Of a stretch of DNA of 64,000 bases, positions 10,633 to 19,783 are shown piece by piece. This DNA is from a virus (lineage: Duplodnaviria > Heunggongvirae > Uroviricota > Caudoviricetes). Location of the stretch: the IMG/VR virus record IMGVR_UViG_3300007770_000878. The stretch is one strand, 5' to 3'. The notes under the pieces are model-generated. The model was not told where the DNA came from, searched no databases, and saw only the letters and a list, made by a program, of their open reading frames with translations. Made by a program: the position numbers and the translations under genes. How positions within the stretch are numbered: position 1 is the first letter of the stretch; each line of letters opens with the position of its first letter.

Positions 10633-10908
10633 TCATTGTACGCTCCCAAAGGGGCCAGAAATAAGTTTGGCCTCCGCAGGAATCTCCCTGTCAGGGATCA
10701 GCGGAGTATCTATCACAACCTTGTCAATACCCAGTCCGGCCATGATGCGATTGAAGTCCTTGTCGTTGGCAGCCACGCAAGTGTGAACACCCGGCTGAAC
10801 TTCCACCACAACCATTATAGGGTTATCGAACAGATCGTAAACGATTACTTGGGAAATGTTTTCCTGAGTAATCGATCTAAGCTGGCCATCAGTACTGACG
10901 ACTTTCAT
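10633..10908 (-). CDS. hypothetical small protein (91 aa)
   Basis: ORF abutting the start/stop of 10908..11591. It lies between the RNAP genes. Confidence 0.35.
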   Translation of the reverse strand: MKVVSTDGQLRSITQENISQVIVYDLFDNPIMVVVEVQPGVHTCVAANDKDFNRIMAGLGIDKVVIDTPLIPDREIPAEAKLISGPFGSVQ

Positions 10909-11591
10909 TACGAATCTTTCCGCCGCAGCACAGCAGCCAAAGCTGACGCCTTGTCTCGCAGACCTACCATATCAATCGGGTCTGCCGCAGTGCCCATATC
11001 GCAGCCGGACTTAGCAAGCTCGGGAGACGCCCCAGCCATCGGGCCAATCGGAGCAATCGCACTTCCGCCTGCACCACCAGCCGCAGCTGGGTCTCCGCCG
11101 GGAGCACCTCCGCCGCCAGCCATTGGGTCTTGACCCTGGGCCATCGCGGTGAGTTTGTCAGTCGTAGCTGTCATTTCTTCAGCAGGTACCGGAATACCAA
11201 GAGTGTCAACAACCTTGGCCAGCAGGTTCTTCATCTGCATGATCTCGACGTTGACATCGATTTTAGGTTTGAGTCCGGCTTCTCCGCCAGGACCTCCAGC
11301 ACCGCCCCCGCCACCAGCCATTACGGCTTGTTGAATCATTGCCTCGACTTCTGGTCGAGAAATACCTCCGCCACCAGCAGCAGGATCAGCCGGAGGGGCT
11401 CCACCCATCGCAGCAGGATCTGCAGGGGGAGCACCGCCCATTGCGGCAGGATCCATACCCATCGCGGCGGGATCGCCACCTGGGGGCATTCCACCACCCG
11501 CAGCCATTGCGGGGTCGACAAAGGCCTGTTTACCGTTTTGGGCTCGGGCGATCTTCACGAGTTCTTGGAGTTTTCCAGAAAACATGGTCAT
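10908..11591 (-). CDS. Gly/Ala/Pro-rich low-complexity protein (227 aa)
   Basis: Repeats of 'DPAAMGGAPPADPAAMGG' with a non-repetitive N- and C-terminus. The plus-strand ORF 10342..11133 is its low-complexity mirror and was rejected. Confidence 0.45.
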   Translation of the reverse strand: MTMFSGKLQELVKIARAQNGKQAFVDPAMAAGGGMPPGGDPAAMGMDPAAMGGAPPADPAAMGGAPPADPAAGGGGISRPEVEAMIQQAVMAGGGGGAGGPGGEAGLKPKIDVNVEIMQMKNLLAKVVDTLGIPVPAEEMTATTDKLTAMAQGQDPMAGGGGAPGGDPAAAGGAGGSAIAPIGPMAGASPELAKSGCDMGTAADPIDMVGLRDKASALAAVLRRKDS

Positions 11592-11652
11592 GAGGAATAG
11601 CCTTCCATTGGACGTAAAGGGTGTAGTAACCAGCAGTTTAGCACAGACTAGG

Positions 11653-14600
11653 CTACTCCATCACCTCCACTTCATCGTTGATGTCTAGCTCACCACGCCG
11701 ATAGGCTGCGAGCATATCCTTGGTATTGCGGAAGGTACGCACCCGCCGCTTAGATTTGGTGGACGACGCAGCGTACAATCCACCGGTGTATTCTTGACTC
11801 GGTACGTGGATAGGCGACTTGAAGTCAGCCGGGCTTAAGAGGTTGCGACTTGGCAACATACGGTCCACGGCCTCGTCTTTGGCCTCGTCGGAGACCGGTA
11901 CGTGGTATTGCATAGCATCCCCATCGAAGTCAGCTCCGAAGCCTTTCACGATCAACGGGGAGACCTCCAGAGTGTCGCTCTTGGTAAGTCTGGGGTAGAA
12001 AGCCATGATGCCGAAACGGTGCAAAACCGGGGCTCGGTTGATCACCACGGGCCGTTCGCCCATCTCTTTGACCAACTCTTGTTTAGCTACTTCTGAACGG
12101 TTCTCGACCTGCTTGGCCGCTTCGACCAGCGGCATACCCCGCCGCTTGAGTCTTCGTACGATGAAGTTCTTGTAGATGTCCCAGGCTCTATTCTCTGGAA
12201 GCCCAACATGGTCCATGTCCAGGTCAGGGTTAGGAGTAATAACTGCACGGCCAACAAGATCCACAGTACTGGATACAAGCCTACGCTGCACAGCACCCAG
12301 CTTAGGGCTAGAACCAAATACGTGCTTAAGAATCCCCTTGACGCGTTTCTCCTGCAGTTTTGGGTGTATTGGATCTCCAAGTCCTGTGACTGCTTTGAAA
12401 GCGTTGTAGACCGCAAGACGTTCGTCGGCGACATCGTCCACCTCTTTTGACATCTCTGTTAGGTTGTCGTTAGCTTCCAGTAATTCCTTGTAAAGGAAAT
12501 TAGCATCCGATACCAAAGGAAGGCGGTTGTCGGACATCACCGACACCGGACGAAACATCGGGGGCAATACAGGAGCCTTGGTCAGCATCCAGTCTTTAGG
12601 GTGTATGCCTAGTTTCTTGGCGGACTTGAGGTAACCCAGTTTACGTATGGCCATATCTCGAGAGGCCTTACGTCCGGATTTGAATTCCGCTTGTGCGTAA
12701 GCAATCTCTTTATCCAGGTCCATCTTACCTAGGGCCTTGGTAAAGGCTGCAGGACCACGGTGTCCTTGCAACTCTTCCTGCCCGGATAGGACGGCCTCGA
12801 ATCGCTTTTGTGTAAGTCCCAAGACGCGGCGAATGGGTTCTTCCATTACCGGGTTCGGCATAGGTTCTGCGAGTTTGATTGCCGACCAGCGATTGCCGTT
12901 GTGTCCGCCGGTTAGTGCGGGGTCGAACAGACCGCCGGTGATCGGTTTCAATCCTTTTTCAAATTGAACCGTGTCGCCGCTCTTGAGGTATCTCTGTCCC
13001 GCCAGCTCACCGACGTCTTTGTCGGTGAGGGCCATAATGTGTGTTTGTGTTCCGTCCTCCACCACGTTAATACCTGATGCCTTAAGCTCGTTCACGAACT
13101 TTTGATAGACAATGGGTACCTTGGGCTTTGGGGGAGTAACACCACGCATGAATGGGAGCCAGAACTCCTCATTACGTTGTCCTCGAATTGCTCCTGCGTC
13201 TCGAAGAACCTCAGTGGCACCGTGCGAGAGGAGTGCGTTGTTATCGAGAAGTGAAATTCGTTTGGAACCGGTCTCACCGCCTTTCGCGGGAGTACCTTCC
13301 ATCGTATAGCCTCCTGTACCACGACCCTGCCCCTTTCCCTCCGCCGTATGGTGGAGTTTCATGAAGAAGCGGTTGCCGGTGAAGACGCCGGGAATCTTTC
13401 TCTCGTTCGACGGGTCGGTTATGTCCTCCAGGTCCTCCATTTGGTTCTTCTTGAGTTCCTGGATCGCAAAGTCCGTCAAATCTTGTATGTCTTCAAAATC
13501 AACCACCTTGTAAGGTTTCCCTGTCTTGGCAGCAATCTTTCCCAGTGCGGCCTCAACCATTTGGGCCGGGTTTGTACGGGAGATAATACCAAGAGGGTTA
13601 AGCAAAACTTCGAAAGCCTGTCCGTCCTTTGAGTGGGGCATCTCGTTATCCGGCACGATCGCCGAGATAACACCTTTGTCACCGTAGCGGCCTGATAGCT
13701 TGTCGCCCTTTTGCATAGCTGAGAGCGATTTGACTAGGACCGTGGTGCCCTTCTTGCCCTTGAATACATCAGTAACCACGCCAGGGGCATGGTGCTTCCA
13801 GATCTCGGATTGGTCGGTAAAGCCAGGAGCCTTGCGACGATGGACTTTATGCTGAGCAACGTCCTTCTGCCGTGCCGACAGAATAAGGGGGTCGCCGTGA
13901 CTGACGATAGTGCCCTGCTTGATGACGCCGTCTTCGTCGATGCTCTCTAAAGTTTGTTTGTCATACTTGGATGGGAAGAGTGAGACATAGTCGCGTCGTT
14001 TGGTTTTCTTGTCGTCTGCGAAGTCCACGCCGTGTTGATACATGTGCTCCGAACTCATTCGCTTGGCGAAAGACTCGGAGATCACAAGAGCGTCCTCGAA
14101 GTTCTGCCCTCGGAATGGGATGTACGCAACGCGAGCGTTCTTACCGAGAGCGGTAGTGCCACCAGCATCGGTAAAGTTGGATTTAGCCAAGGCCTGCCCC
14201 ACACCAAAGGTGTCACCTGGCTTGACTGTCGGAGTATTGTGAATGTAGGTGTTGTGCACGAGCAGTCCGCCGTTGACGCAAAATGCCTCGGAGTGCTGGA
14301 CGCAAAGGTCATATACTCGTTCCTCGTAAGCAACAGGGATAATTTCTTCGATAGGGTCCCACAGTACATCAGAGCGTGCCCAGTCGCCGAACACGCCTGT
14401 ATTTTCTTTCAACCGGTGCTTAGCAACTGCTCCCTGGTTGGCGGTCTTATAGACATAGCTAGGAACCGTCCCGATATAACCCTTGTACAGAAGTTTACGG
14501 GCCTCGGCGGCTACCGGGACCAGGTCAAAGCTTGCGGCTCGATACGTAGGCTTTAGCAGCTCGTGGAGTTGTCGCTCACGGTCTGCGTAGTAGAACCACT

Positions 14601-17310
14601 TACGAAGTCGCCCTACGTGGCTACTGATTATGCGGCAACCGTACGCGTCACGCCAGTTGTCGTTGAGGTGCTTTCTAGGTGCATCGAAAAGCGTCGTCAT
14701 AATGCCTAGGCTTAACAGCAACTCGACAAATCCGTCGCGAAGCTCTCTAGAAACCGTAACGGCCTGCAGCTGTAGCGACCCGTTTGAGTCCTCCCACAAG
14801 CACCCGTCGCCAGCCATATAGCCTTGAACAAAACTTTCCCGAAACCAGACGGGAGTACCAAGCACCCAGGCGGGAATTCGCTTGTTGTGCGACAGGTGGC
14901 CAAAGTGCTCAGTCGCCTTGGCGGCGAAGGCGTGGTCAGTAAAGCATACGTTACCGCCATTGCGGTACGCCTCATAACCGCACTGACGAGCCACTTCCAA
15001 CACCTGTTCTGCACGGTCGTCTGGCTCTACTGCAATGTTAACTAGCCCTGGTTGGGTAGGCGGACAGTGCCCCTCGGCTACGTACAGCCCCCACAGAATG
15101 CCGCTCGGGTCTTTGCTAATCTCCTGGCCATGTCGCCGAGATCGATGACCCTGCAACATGGCTACAGGCAGGCGGGTTAGCCCGATCTCGCAGTCTTTAG
15201 GGTAGACCGGTACCAGTTCTCCGTGTTTGTCCAGCGTAATAAGGCTGTGGTCTTCCGTGACCACGACCGATCTCCCGGATTTAGTAGTTATCCGCAACAG
15301 CTGTTTGTCGTTGCAGTGCGTAATGTAACCTGTGACGCGTTTCCAGGCAGACTGCTTGGAGTCTGGGTCCACCGACTGCACTTGGTCGCTATCTTCCCAG
15401 TGGTACTTATCGATTGATCCAGTCCACAGTTCGCCATTCTTGCGTCGGATCACAATACGAGTGTCACCGGTTACGCTTTTGCGGTTGTACGGGAAGTTGT
15501 TATAGAGCTGCTTCTCTTCTGTAGTTCCGTCGTCGTACTTGACCTTAATCCCTTGGTCGCTTATTGAAACTACTCGTCCTGGCTTGTCGGCGAAGACGGC
15601 ACCCATCTTACGACCATATCGCTGCTCGTAACTTGTATCCTCTTCGCCAGAGATGCCGGTCTGTACAAGCGGACTCTCTGCGTTCTCGAGCGGCAAGGCC
15701 TGTGTGAGCATACGGCTAGCCATAGCCATACGCTGGGCCTTGACCGCTGACTTCATGGGAACCATGTTACCTAGCGGCGAGAAAGCGTTTTCGAAAGTGG
15801 GCACAACCAGGTCCACAGACTGTTTTGGGACAAACTTGAGTTTGCCGCCTTGCATGGCACCAACCCGCTTAGTTTCCCTACGCATTTCGCCGGGAAAAGC
15901 GACTGTGAGATCTGCAAGGTCCTGGGGCGACTTCCACACCTCTTTTCCGCTACGAGGATCAACGAACGGTGAGTAAATTCGGCCATCAGATCCTTTACGA
16001 GCCGTGTTGGCAATATGCACATCCACACCGACCTTAAATGATTCCGGCGTGCGTACTGGGTCCATGAAAGCCAAGTGGCTCGGCTGAACCGCCCTAGCTT
16101 CGTCTGGCACGGCGTCGATGGACGGGATGCCGCCCTCACCGAGACGTGAGATTCTTGATTGTTTGTCGAAGATGTCTGCTGGGTTGATTTCTTCAAGGCT
16201 TTGCCCTAATCCAGAATGGAGTAACGCGGCTTCTAACTGGCGACTTAGCATACCGGACTGTGCGGCTGACAAGTCTCCCTTAAAGCTAGATCTATGCAAA
16301 AGTTGTCGGCGGAGTCCGCCATAATCCTTTGCGATACGTTCCGCGAACAAATCTTCTGGGCCCAGGACATTTTGATAAGCGAGATGATCACGGTCATCGA
16401 CCTCCTGTTCTCCACGGGATACTGCGAGCAATTTATTGGTGGTGGCTAGAATCGCATCCAACCCCATCCTGTTGAAACTGTTACCTAAGGTTCGTTGTGT
16501 AACCTCGGGGTCCAGTTCCATTTTCTCCATGACTTCGGCAACGGCTAGGCGTTTAGCTGGCTCGTCGGCATCAGGGTCAATCTTACGTACCAGTTTTTGG
16601 TACAGCTTCGATAGGGTTCCTGGGTTGTCCTTTTGAGCGTTAGCTTGCCACAGTTCGTTGCCCCATGCTTCCTGCAATTGTTTGTCTGTTGCTCCGAGCG
16701 ACTTGAGAAGAGGCATCAGCGGTATTTTCGCCTGCCCCATCCGCATGTGGAAAATACCCTTCTCGGGGTCTAGGAAGTACCGGTGGCTGACGCCTTTACC
16801 CGGCAATAGGTTTGCGTGGGCTTCAATTTCTCCATTGTCTTTGACACGGGTAAACACGCCTGGCCGCAACCGCATCTGGTTGGACAGGGTGTACTCGTTA
16901 CCGTTGTGGATAAACGTACCGCGATCCGTCAGGTGCGGTACACGAGCAACTACGCCGGGCCTGCTGTCAAGCACTTCGCCAGTTTCGTTATCCGACAGCT
17001 CCCAGGTGCCTTGCAGTCGACGGTTGAGACTCTTACCGCCGAGGATGGCTTCCTTTTGCTGCTTGTACGAGAACTTGGGATCGTCAGCGTATTTAACATC
17101 ACGCAGTTGTAGCGTGTGGCGTTGGTTAGAGATCGGCTCAAGTGTTTGAGTCGACGCCAGCACGTTGTTGTAGATAAGCCGCCGCGTGGCCAAAGCGTCA
17201 CCGAACTCTCGCTTTTCCGGTTCCTCTTTTTGCAGAGGACGTACCGGTTGCGGCAGAGCAGGTTTGGTCCCGCTTAGCACGCCGGAGGGCGGTGACAGAA
17301 TGTTTGGCAT
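11653..17310 (-). CDS. rpoB-rpoC: fused RNA polymerase beta subunit + beta' N-terminal half (1885 aa), beta part interrupted by an intein
   Basis: Beta motifs: 'DRGTFIHNGNEYTLSNQMRLRPGVF' (compare '[26 protein letters not shown]') and 'GDKLSGRYGDKGVISAIVPDNEMPHSKDGQAFEVLLNPLGIISRTNPAQMVE' (compare 'GDKMAGRHGNKGVIS...LNPLGVPSRMNIGQ'). Beta' motifs: 'VVINRAPVLHRFGIMAFYP' and the catalytic 'GADFDGDAMQYHVPVSDEA' (NADFDGD). Confidence 0.9.
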   Translation of the reverse strand: MPNILSPPSGVLSGTKPALPQPVRPLQKEEPEKREFGDALATRRLIYNNVLASTQTLEPISNQRHTLQLRDVKYADDPKFSYKQQKEAILGGKSLNRRLQGTWELSDNETGEVLDSRPGVVARVPHLTDRGTFIHNGNEYTLSNQMRLRPGVFTRVKDNGEIEAHANLLPGKGVSHRYFLDPEKGIFHMRMGQAKIPLMPLLKSLGATDKQLQEAWGNELWQANAQKDNPGTLSKLYQKLVRKIDPDADEPAKRLAVAEVMEKMELDPEVTQRTLGNSFNRMGLDAILATTNKLLAVSRGEQEVDDRDHLAYQNVLGPEDLFAERIAKDYGGLRRQLLHRSSFKGDLSAAQSGMLSRQLEAALLHSGLGQSLEEINPADIFDKQSRISRLGEGGIPSIDAVPDEARAVQPSHLAFMDPVRTPESFKVGVDVHIANTARKGSDGRIYSPFVDPRSGKEVWKSPQDLADLTVAFPGEMRRETKRVGAMQGGKLKFVPKQSVDLVVPTFENAFSPLGNMVPMKSAVKAQRMAMASRMLTQALPLENAESPLVQTGISGEEDTSYEQRYGRKMGAVFADKPGRVVSISDQGIKVKYDDGTTEEKQLYNNFPYNRKSVTGDTRIVIRRKNGELWTGSIDKYHWEDSDQVQSVDPDSKQSAWKRVTGYITHCNDKQLLRITTKSGRSVVVTEDHSLITLDKHGELVPVYPKDCEIGLTRLPVAMLQGHRSRRHGQEISKDPSGILWGLYVAEGHCPPTQPGLVNIAVEPDDRAEQVLEVARQCGYEAYRNGGNVCFTDHAFAAKATEHFGHLSHNKRIPAWVLGTPVWFRESFVQGYMAGDGCLWEDSNGSLQLQAVTVSRELRDGFVELLLSLGIMTTLFDAPRKHLNDNWRDAYGCRIISSHVGRLRKWFYYADRERQLHELLKPTYRAASFDLVPVAAEARKLLYKGYIGTVPSYVYKTANQGAVAKHRLKENTGVFGDWARSDVLWDPIEEIIPVAYEERVYDLCVQHSEAFCVNGGLLVHNTYIHNTPTVKPGDTFGVGQALAKSNFTDAGGTTALGKNARVAYIPFRGQNFEDALVISESFAKRMSSEHMYQHGVDFADDKKTKRRDYVSLFPSKYDKQTLESIDEDGVIKQGTIVSHGDPLILSARQKDVAQHKVHRRKAPGFTDQSEIWKHHAPGVVTDVFKGKKGTTVLVKSLSAMQKGDKLSGRYGDKGVISAIVPDNEMPHSKDGQAFEVLLNPLGIISRTNPAQMVEAALGKIAAKTGKPYKVVDFEDIQDLTDFAIQELKKNQMEDLEDITDPSNERKIPGVFTGNRFFMKLHHTAEGKGQGRGTGGYTMEGTPAKGGETGSKRISLLDNNALLSHGATEVLRDAGAIRGQRNEEFWLPFMRGVTPPKPKVPIVYQKFVNELKASGINVVEDGTQTHIMALTDKDVGELAGQRYLKSGDTVQFEKGLKPITGGLFDPALTGGHNGNRWSAIKLAEPMPNPVMEEPIRRVLGLTQKRFEAVLSGQEELQGHRGPAAFTKALGKMDLDKEIAYAQAEFKSGRKASRDMAIRKLGYLKSAKKLGIHPKDWMLTKAPVLPPMFRPVSVMSDNRLPLVSDANFLYKELLEANDNLTEMSKEVDDVADERLAVYNAFKAVTGLGDPIHPKLQEKRVKGILKHVFGSSPKLGAVQRRLVSSTVDLVGRAVITPNPDLDMDHVGLPENRAWDIYKNFIVRRLKRRGMPLVEAAKQVENRSEVAKQELVKEMGERPVVINRAPVLHRFGIMAFYPRLTKSDTLEVSPLIVKGFGADFDGDAMQYHVPVSDEAKDEAVDRMLPSRNLLSPADFKSPIHVPSQEYTGGLYAASSTKSKRRVRTFRNTKDMLAAYRRGELDINDEVEVME
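14251..15477 (-). mobile_element. intein with LAGLIDADG homing-endonuclease domain inside the RNAP beta portion (about 409 aa, residues about 612-1020)
   Basis: Starts 'SVTGDTRIVIRR' (block A, Ser1) after extein 'FPYNRK'. Block B is 'GRSVVVTEDHSLIT'. LAGLIDADG motifs are 'ILWGLYVAEGH' and 'FVQGYMAGDG'. Ends 'GGLLVHN' followed by Thr. The extein resumes with 'YIHNTPTVKPGD...RVAYIPFRGQNFEDALVISE', which matches the beta 'MPWNGYNFEDSILVSE' region. Confidence 0.75.
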
Positions 17311-18218
17311 TACTTATCCAGTTGATCTTCTTGTTCGTCCAAGCTAGGTGCGGCCTGGAACGGGGACTTACTTGCCTGCAGCGGGTCCTGCTCATGCTGC
17401 TTAGGCACTGGCCGTACTTGGATCGGCACAGGTTGTCGTGCAAAGCGTTGTCGGCGGCGTTTCTCTTGTGCCGCTTCAAGCAAGGACCGGCGTTGTCGCT
17501 TCTTACCGTATTGGTAAGCCATAATGGCGGCCAACAAAGCTGAAGTACCGCCGTAGACTCCGTAGAGTCCTGTAGCCGTTCCTGCTGCGTCTGACGCGGA
17601 GACAGCTTGTTTCTCTACTGTGTCGTAGAGTTCGTCCAGGTCTTCCGCTAACTTGGTGTCGCCAGACAAGGCAGCTTCGTAGTCCATCTTGGCTTTTTCA
17701 AGCTCAGCCTCTAGTTCGCCTTTTCGTCTTTGCTCGAGCAGTGCGTCGATACCTTTCCAACCACCGTACGCTCCGGCAGCACCGGCACCAACAGCGGCAG
17801 GAATGGCCCAAGGCACACCAGAAGTCGATTTGGCATAGTCGCCTTTGAGGAAATCCGCCAAGGCAGCGATCTTCTCGTCGTCCACCGGGACCTCGATCTG
17901 ACCGGTAGGGGCTTGAGCCTGGGGCGGCTGGGCACCTTGCCTGCTCATTTCCAACAGGCCGAGGATACCTCGTAGACCTGCACCAGTACCGAGACCAGCT
18001 AGTGCCGCTGTACCTGCTCCAGCTAGAGCTTTACGTTGCAAAGCCTTAGCAGTGACGTGTTGTACAGCGTCGTAGAAGGTAGGTTGGTTAGCCGATTTCT
18101 CGGAGGATTGGCGGGACGCTTTTAGAACCAATGCTAGGTTGGTCATACTTTCGTTCCTTCTCGACCACTTGTGTTCTTGTACCGACGGAAGCAGACGCTC
18201 GTTCCGGAGCCAATTCAT
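17310..18218 (-). CDS. hypothetical protein (302 aa) with coiled-coil and Ala/Gly-rich segments
   Basis: ORF. Its stop coincides with the start of the RNAP fusion gene (17310). Confidence 0.5.
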   Translation of the reverse strand: MNWLRNERLLPSVQEHKWSRRNESMTNLALVLKASRQSSEKSANQPTFYDAVQHVTAKALQRKALAGAGTAALAGLGTGAGLRGILGLLEMSRQGAQPPQAQAPTGQIEVPVDDEKIAALADFLKGDYAKSTSGVPWAIPAAVGAGAAGAYGGWKGIDALLEQRRKGELEAELEKAKMDYEAALSGDTKLAEDLDELYDTVEKQAVSASDAAGTATGLYGVYGGTSALLAAIMAYQYGKKRQRRSLLEAAQEKRRRQRFARQPVPIQVRPVPKQHEQDPLQASKSPFQAAPSLDEQEDQLDK

Positions 18219-18561
18219 TGTAAGGTTCCGCCCACTCTATGTACACGTACATTTTGGGCGGTCCGTCAGTCTTTTCGGTCCAAGTGTACTGTCGCTCGCA
18301 TAATAGCCGGAACCAGTTAATAGCGGTTCCTTCTAGAATTTCGTGGTATCTTCGCCCGTGCTGGGTCATTGTTGCGTCGGAGGTGTCGAAAGTTCCGGAG
18401 TAGCAATCGTATACTTGTTCCGTAAGATCTTCGAACTCCGCGTCCCGCATAAGCGGGGCGGCTGGCCCACGAAACGGGGCACCATCTTGAGCAGCACGGT
18501 GGTAGTAGATGTTCCCACGACCATTCCCATTGGTCTGGTCGTGAAATTTTAAGAAGCTCAT
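18088..18561 (-). CDS. hypothetical protein (157 aa)
   Basis: ORF. Overlaps the downstream gene by about 130 nt, so the true start may be internal. Confidence 0.4.
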   Translation of the reverse strand: MSFLKFHDQTNGNGRGNIYYHRAAQDGAPFRGPAAPLMRDAEFEDLTEQVYDCYSGTFDTSDATMTQHGRRYHEILEGTAINWFRLLCERQYTWTEKTDGPPKMYVYIEWAEPYNELAPERASASVGTRTQVVEKERKYDQPSIGSKSVPPILREIG

Positions 18562-18566
18562 GCGTC

Positions 18567-18962
18567 TTACAGCGTAGCCTGCTGTTTACGACGAAGCTTC
18601 TCCGCATGCATACGGTAGGCCTCGATCAACTCTTTCTTCTTTGCAGCCTCGATGTCGTCGTCGTCAACGTCGCCAAGGCGAGAAGCTAGATAGCCTGCAC
18701 CTGCACCTGCTGCAGGCGGGCCAAGCACGAGTCCAGTAATACCGATATTGCCGAGAGTCTTCGCAGTGTCGCCAACTACGTCCCATGCAGTGTTGAGTGG
18801 CTTGGCCGTCAAGCTATTGATAGCCCCGAACAGGCCATCAGCCTGTTTCATGCTGTCCAGGGCTTCCTTGACGCATCCGTGCGTTTCCTCGATCGTCAGG
18901 CCTGCGTCGGCACAACGCTTTAGAAAGGCCACCTTAAAGGATTGTCGTTCCGTCAACATGTT
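18567..18962 (-). CDS. hypothetical protein. The track ORF is 18567..19100; I prefer the internal Met start 'MLTERQSFKV' (about 131 aa)
   Basis: The 5' 130 nt of the track ORF overlaps the GroES gene. The internal ATG lies just downstream of the GroES stop. Confidence 0.4.
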   Translation of the reverse strand, partial: NMLTERQSFKVAFLKRCADAGLTIEETHGCVKEALDSMKQADGLFGAINSLTAKPLNTAWDVVGDTAKTLGNIGITGLVLGPPAAGAGAGYLASRLGDVDDDDIEAAKKKELIEAYRMHAEKLRRKQQATL

Positions 18963-18969
18963 CGGTTCC

Positions 18970-19242
18970 TTAGAACGCCAGTAGGATATCGTCTTCGCGG
19001 ACGACCAACAAATCTTCTCCGTCGATTTTGACGGTATCGCCCGAGTAAGGGTTGAAGACCACACGTTGGCCCTCGGTAAATTCGTGTTCGCACTTGGCAC
19101 CGGCGGTGATTACGTTACCCTCACTCAGCTTCTCTCGTACCTGCTCGGGTAGATGAATACCGCCTTCGCTCTTTGTTGGGGCAGTATCGCGGCGAATGAG
19201 TAGTCGTTGGCCGATAACGGTGAGCATCGTTGCAGTGGTCAT
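18970..19242 (-). CDS. groES: co-chaperonin GroES (Cpn10) homolog (90 aa)
   Basis: 'LTVIGQRLLIRRDTAPTKSEGGIHLPEQ...EGNVITAGA...GQRVVFNPYSGDTVKIDGEDLLVVREDDILLAF' aligns along its length to GroES ('IRPLHDRVIVKR...TKSAGGIVL...GEVLAVGNG...[28 protein letters not shown]'). Confidence 0.8.
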   Translation of the reverse strand: MTTATMLTVIGQRLLIRRDTAPTKSEGGIHLPEQVREKLSEGNVITAGAKCEHEFTEGQRVVFNPYSGDTVKIDGEDLLVVREDDILLAF

Positions 19243-19250
19243 GTGGGTCC

Positions 19251-19715
19251 TTAGTCAAAAGCGGAAGTGTCAATAACGTTTGGCTGTACTTTTACCTTCT
19301 TCCTAGAACGGTTTTCGTCAGCCGAAGCGATGTTGCGGCTTACCTTGGCTCCGTTAGGTAAGGTAAACGTCTTAGCTCGTCGGCGATTAAGATCGCGAAT
19401 GGCAGACTCGTCGGTGGGTTGTCCCTGCTCCTGGGCCTGCTTGATGATGTCGATCATGTCTTCCAGGTACTTTTGAATCATCGTGCGGTAGGCACTATCG
19501 ATGATCGACTCGTCGGAGGTGGTCTTGTTGCCTAGCATATCGCTAAGACCAGCCATACGTGTCAATACTTCCTTGACTGACAATGTTTCGAAGGAGTTAT
19601 CGCGGGAGTCCTCCACGCAAATGAGGCCACGCTCAGCCCAGAACCGGAGTTGGGTTCTCCCGTCCATTGAGCGAAGGATAGCCATCCGGGTGTTGCCACC
19701 TAGAATATGTGTCAT
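19251..19715 (-). CDS. hypothetical protein (154 aa)
   Basis: ORF; no motif recognised. Confidence 0.45.
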   Translation of the reverse strand: MTHILGGNTRMAILRSMDGRTQLRFWAERGLICVEDSRDNSFETLSVKEVLTRMAGLSDMLGNKTTSDESIIDSAYRTMIQKYLEDMIDIIKQAQEQGQPTDESAIRDLNRRRAKTFTLPNGAKVSRNIASADENRSRKKVKVQPNVIDTSAFD

Positions 19716-19783
19716 CCGTCTTCCTCGTGTGTTGGTTGCCGCACTTTATCTTTAGACATTCTAGCCTCCAGAGGGAAAGTACG

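Noticed and set aside
10342-11133. 263-aa plus-strand ORF rich in Pro/Ala ('PPAPPAAAGSPPGAPPPPAIGS')
   Set aside because: It is the reverse-complement shadow of the Gly/Ala/Pro-rich minus-strand gene 10908..11591 and of the small genes next to it. The low-complexity mirror image is typical of antisense artefacts.
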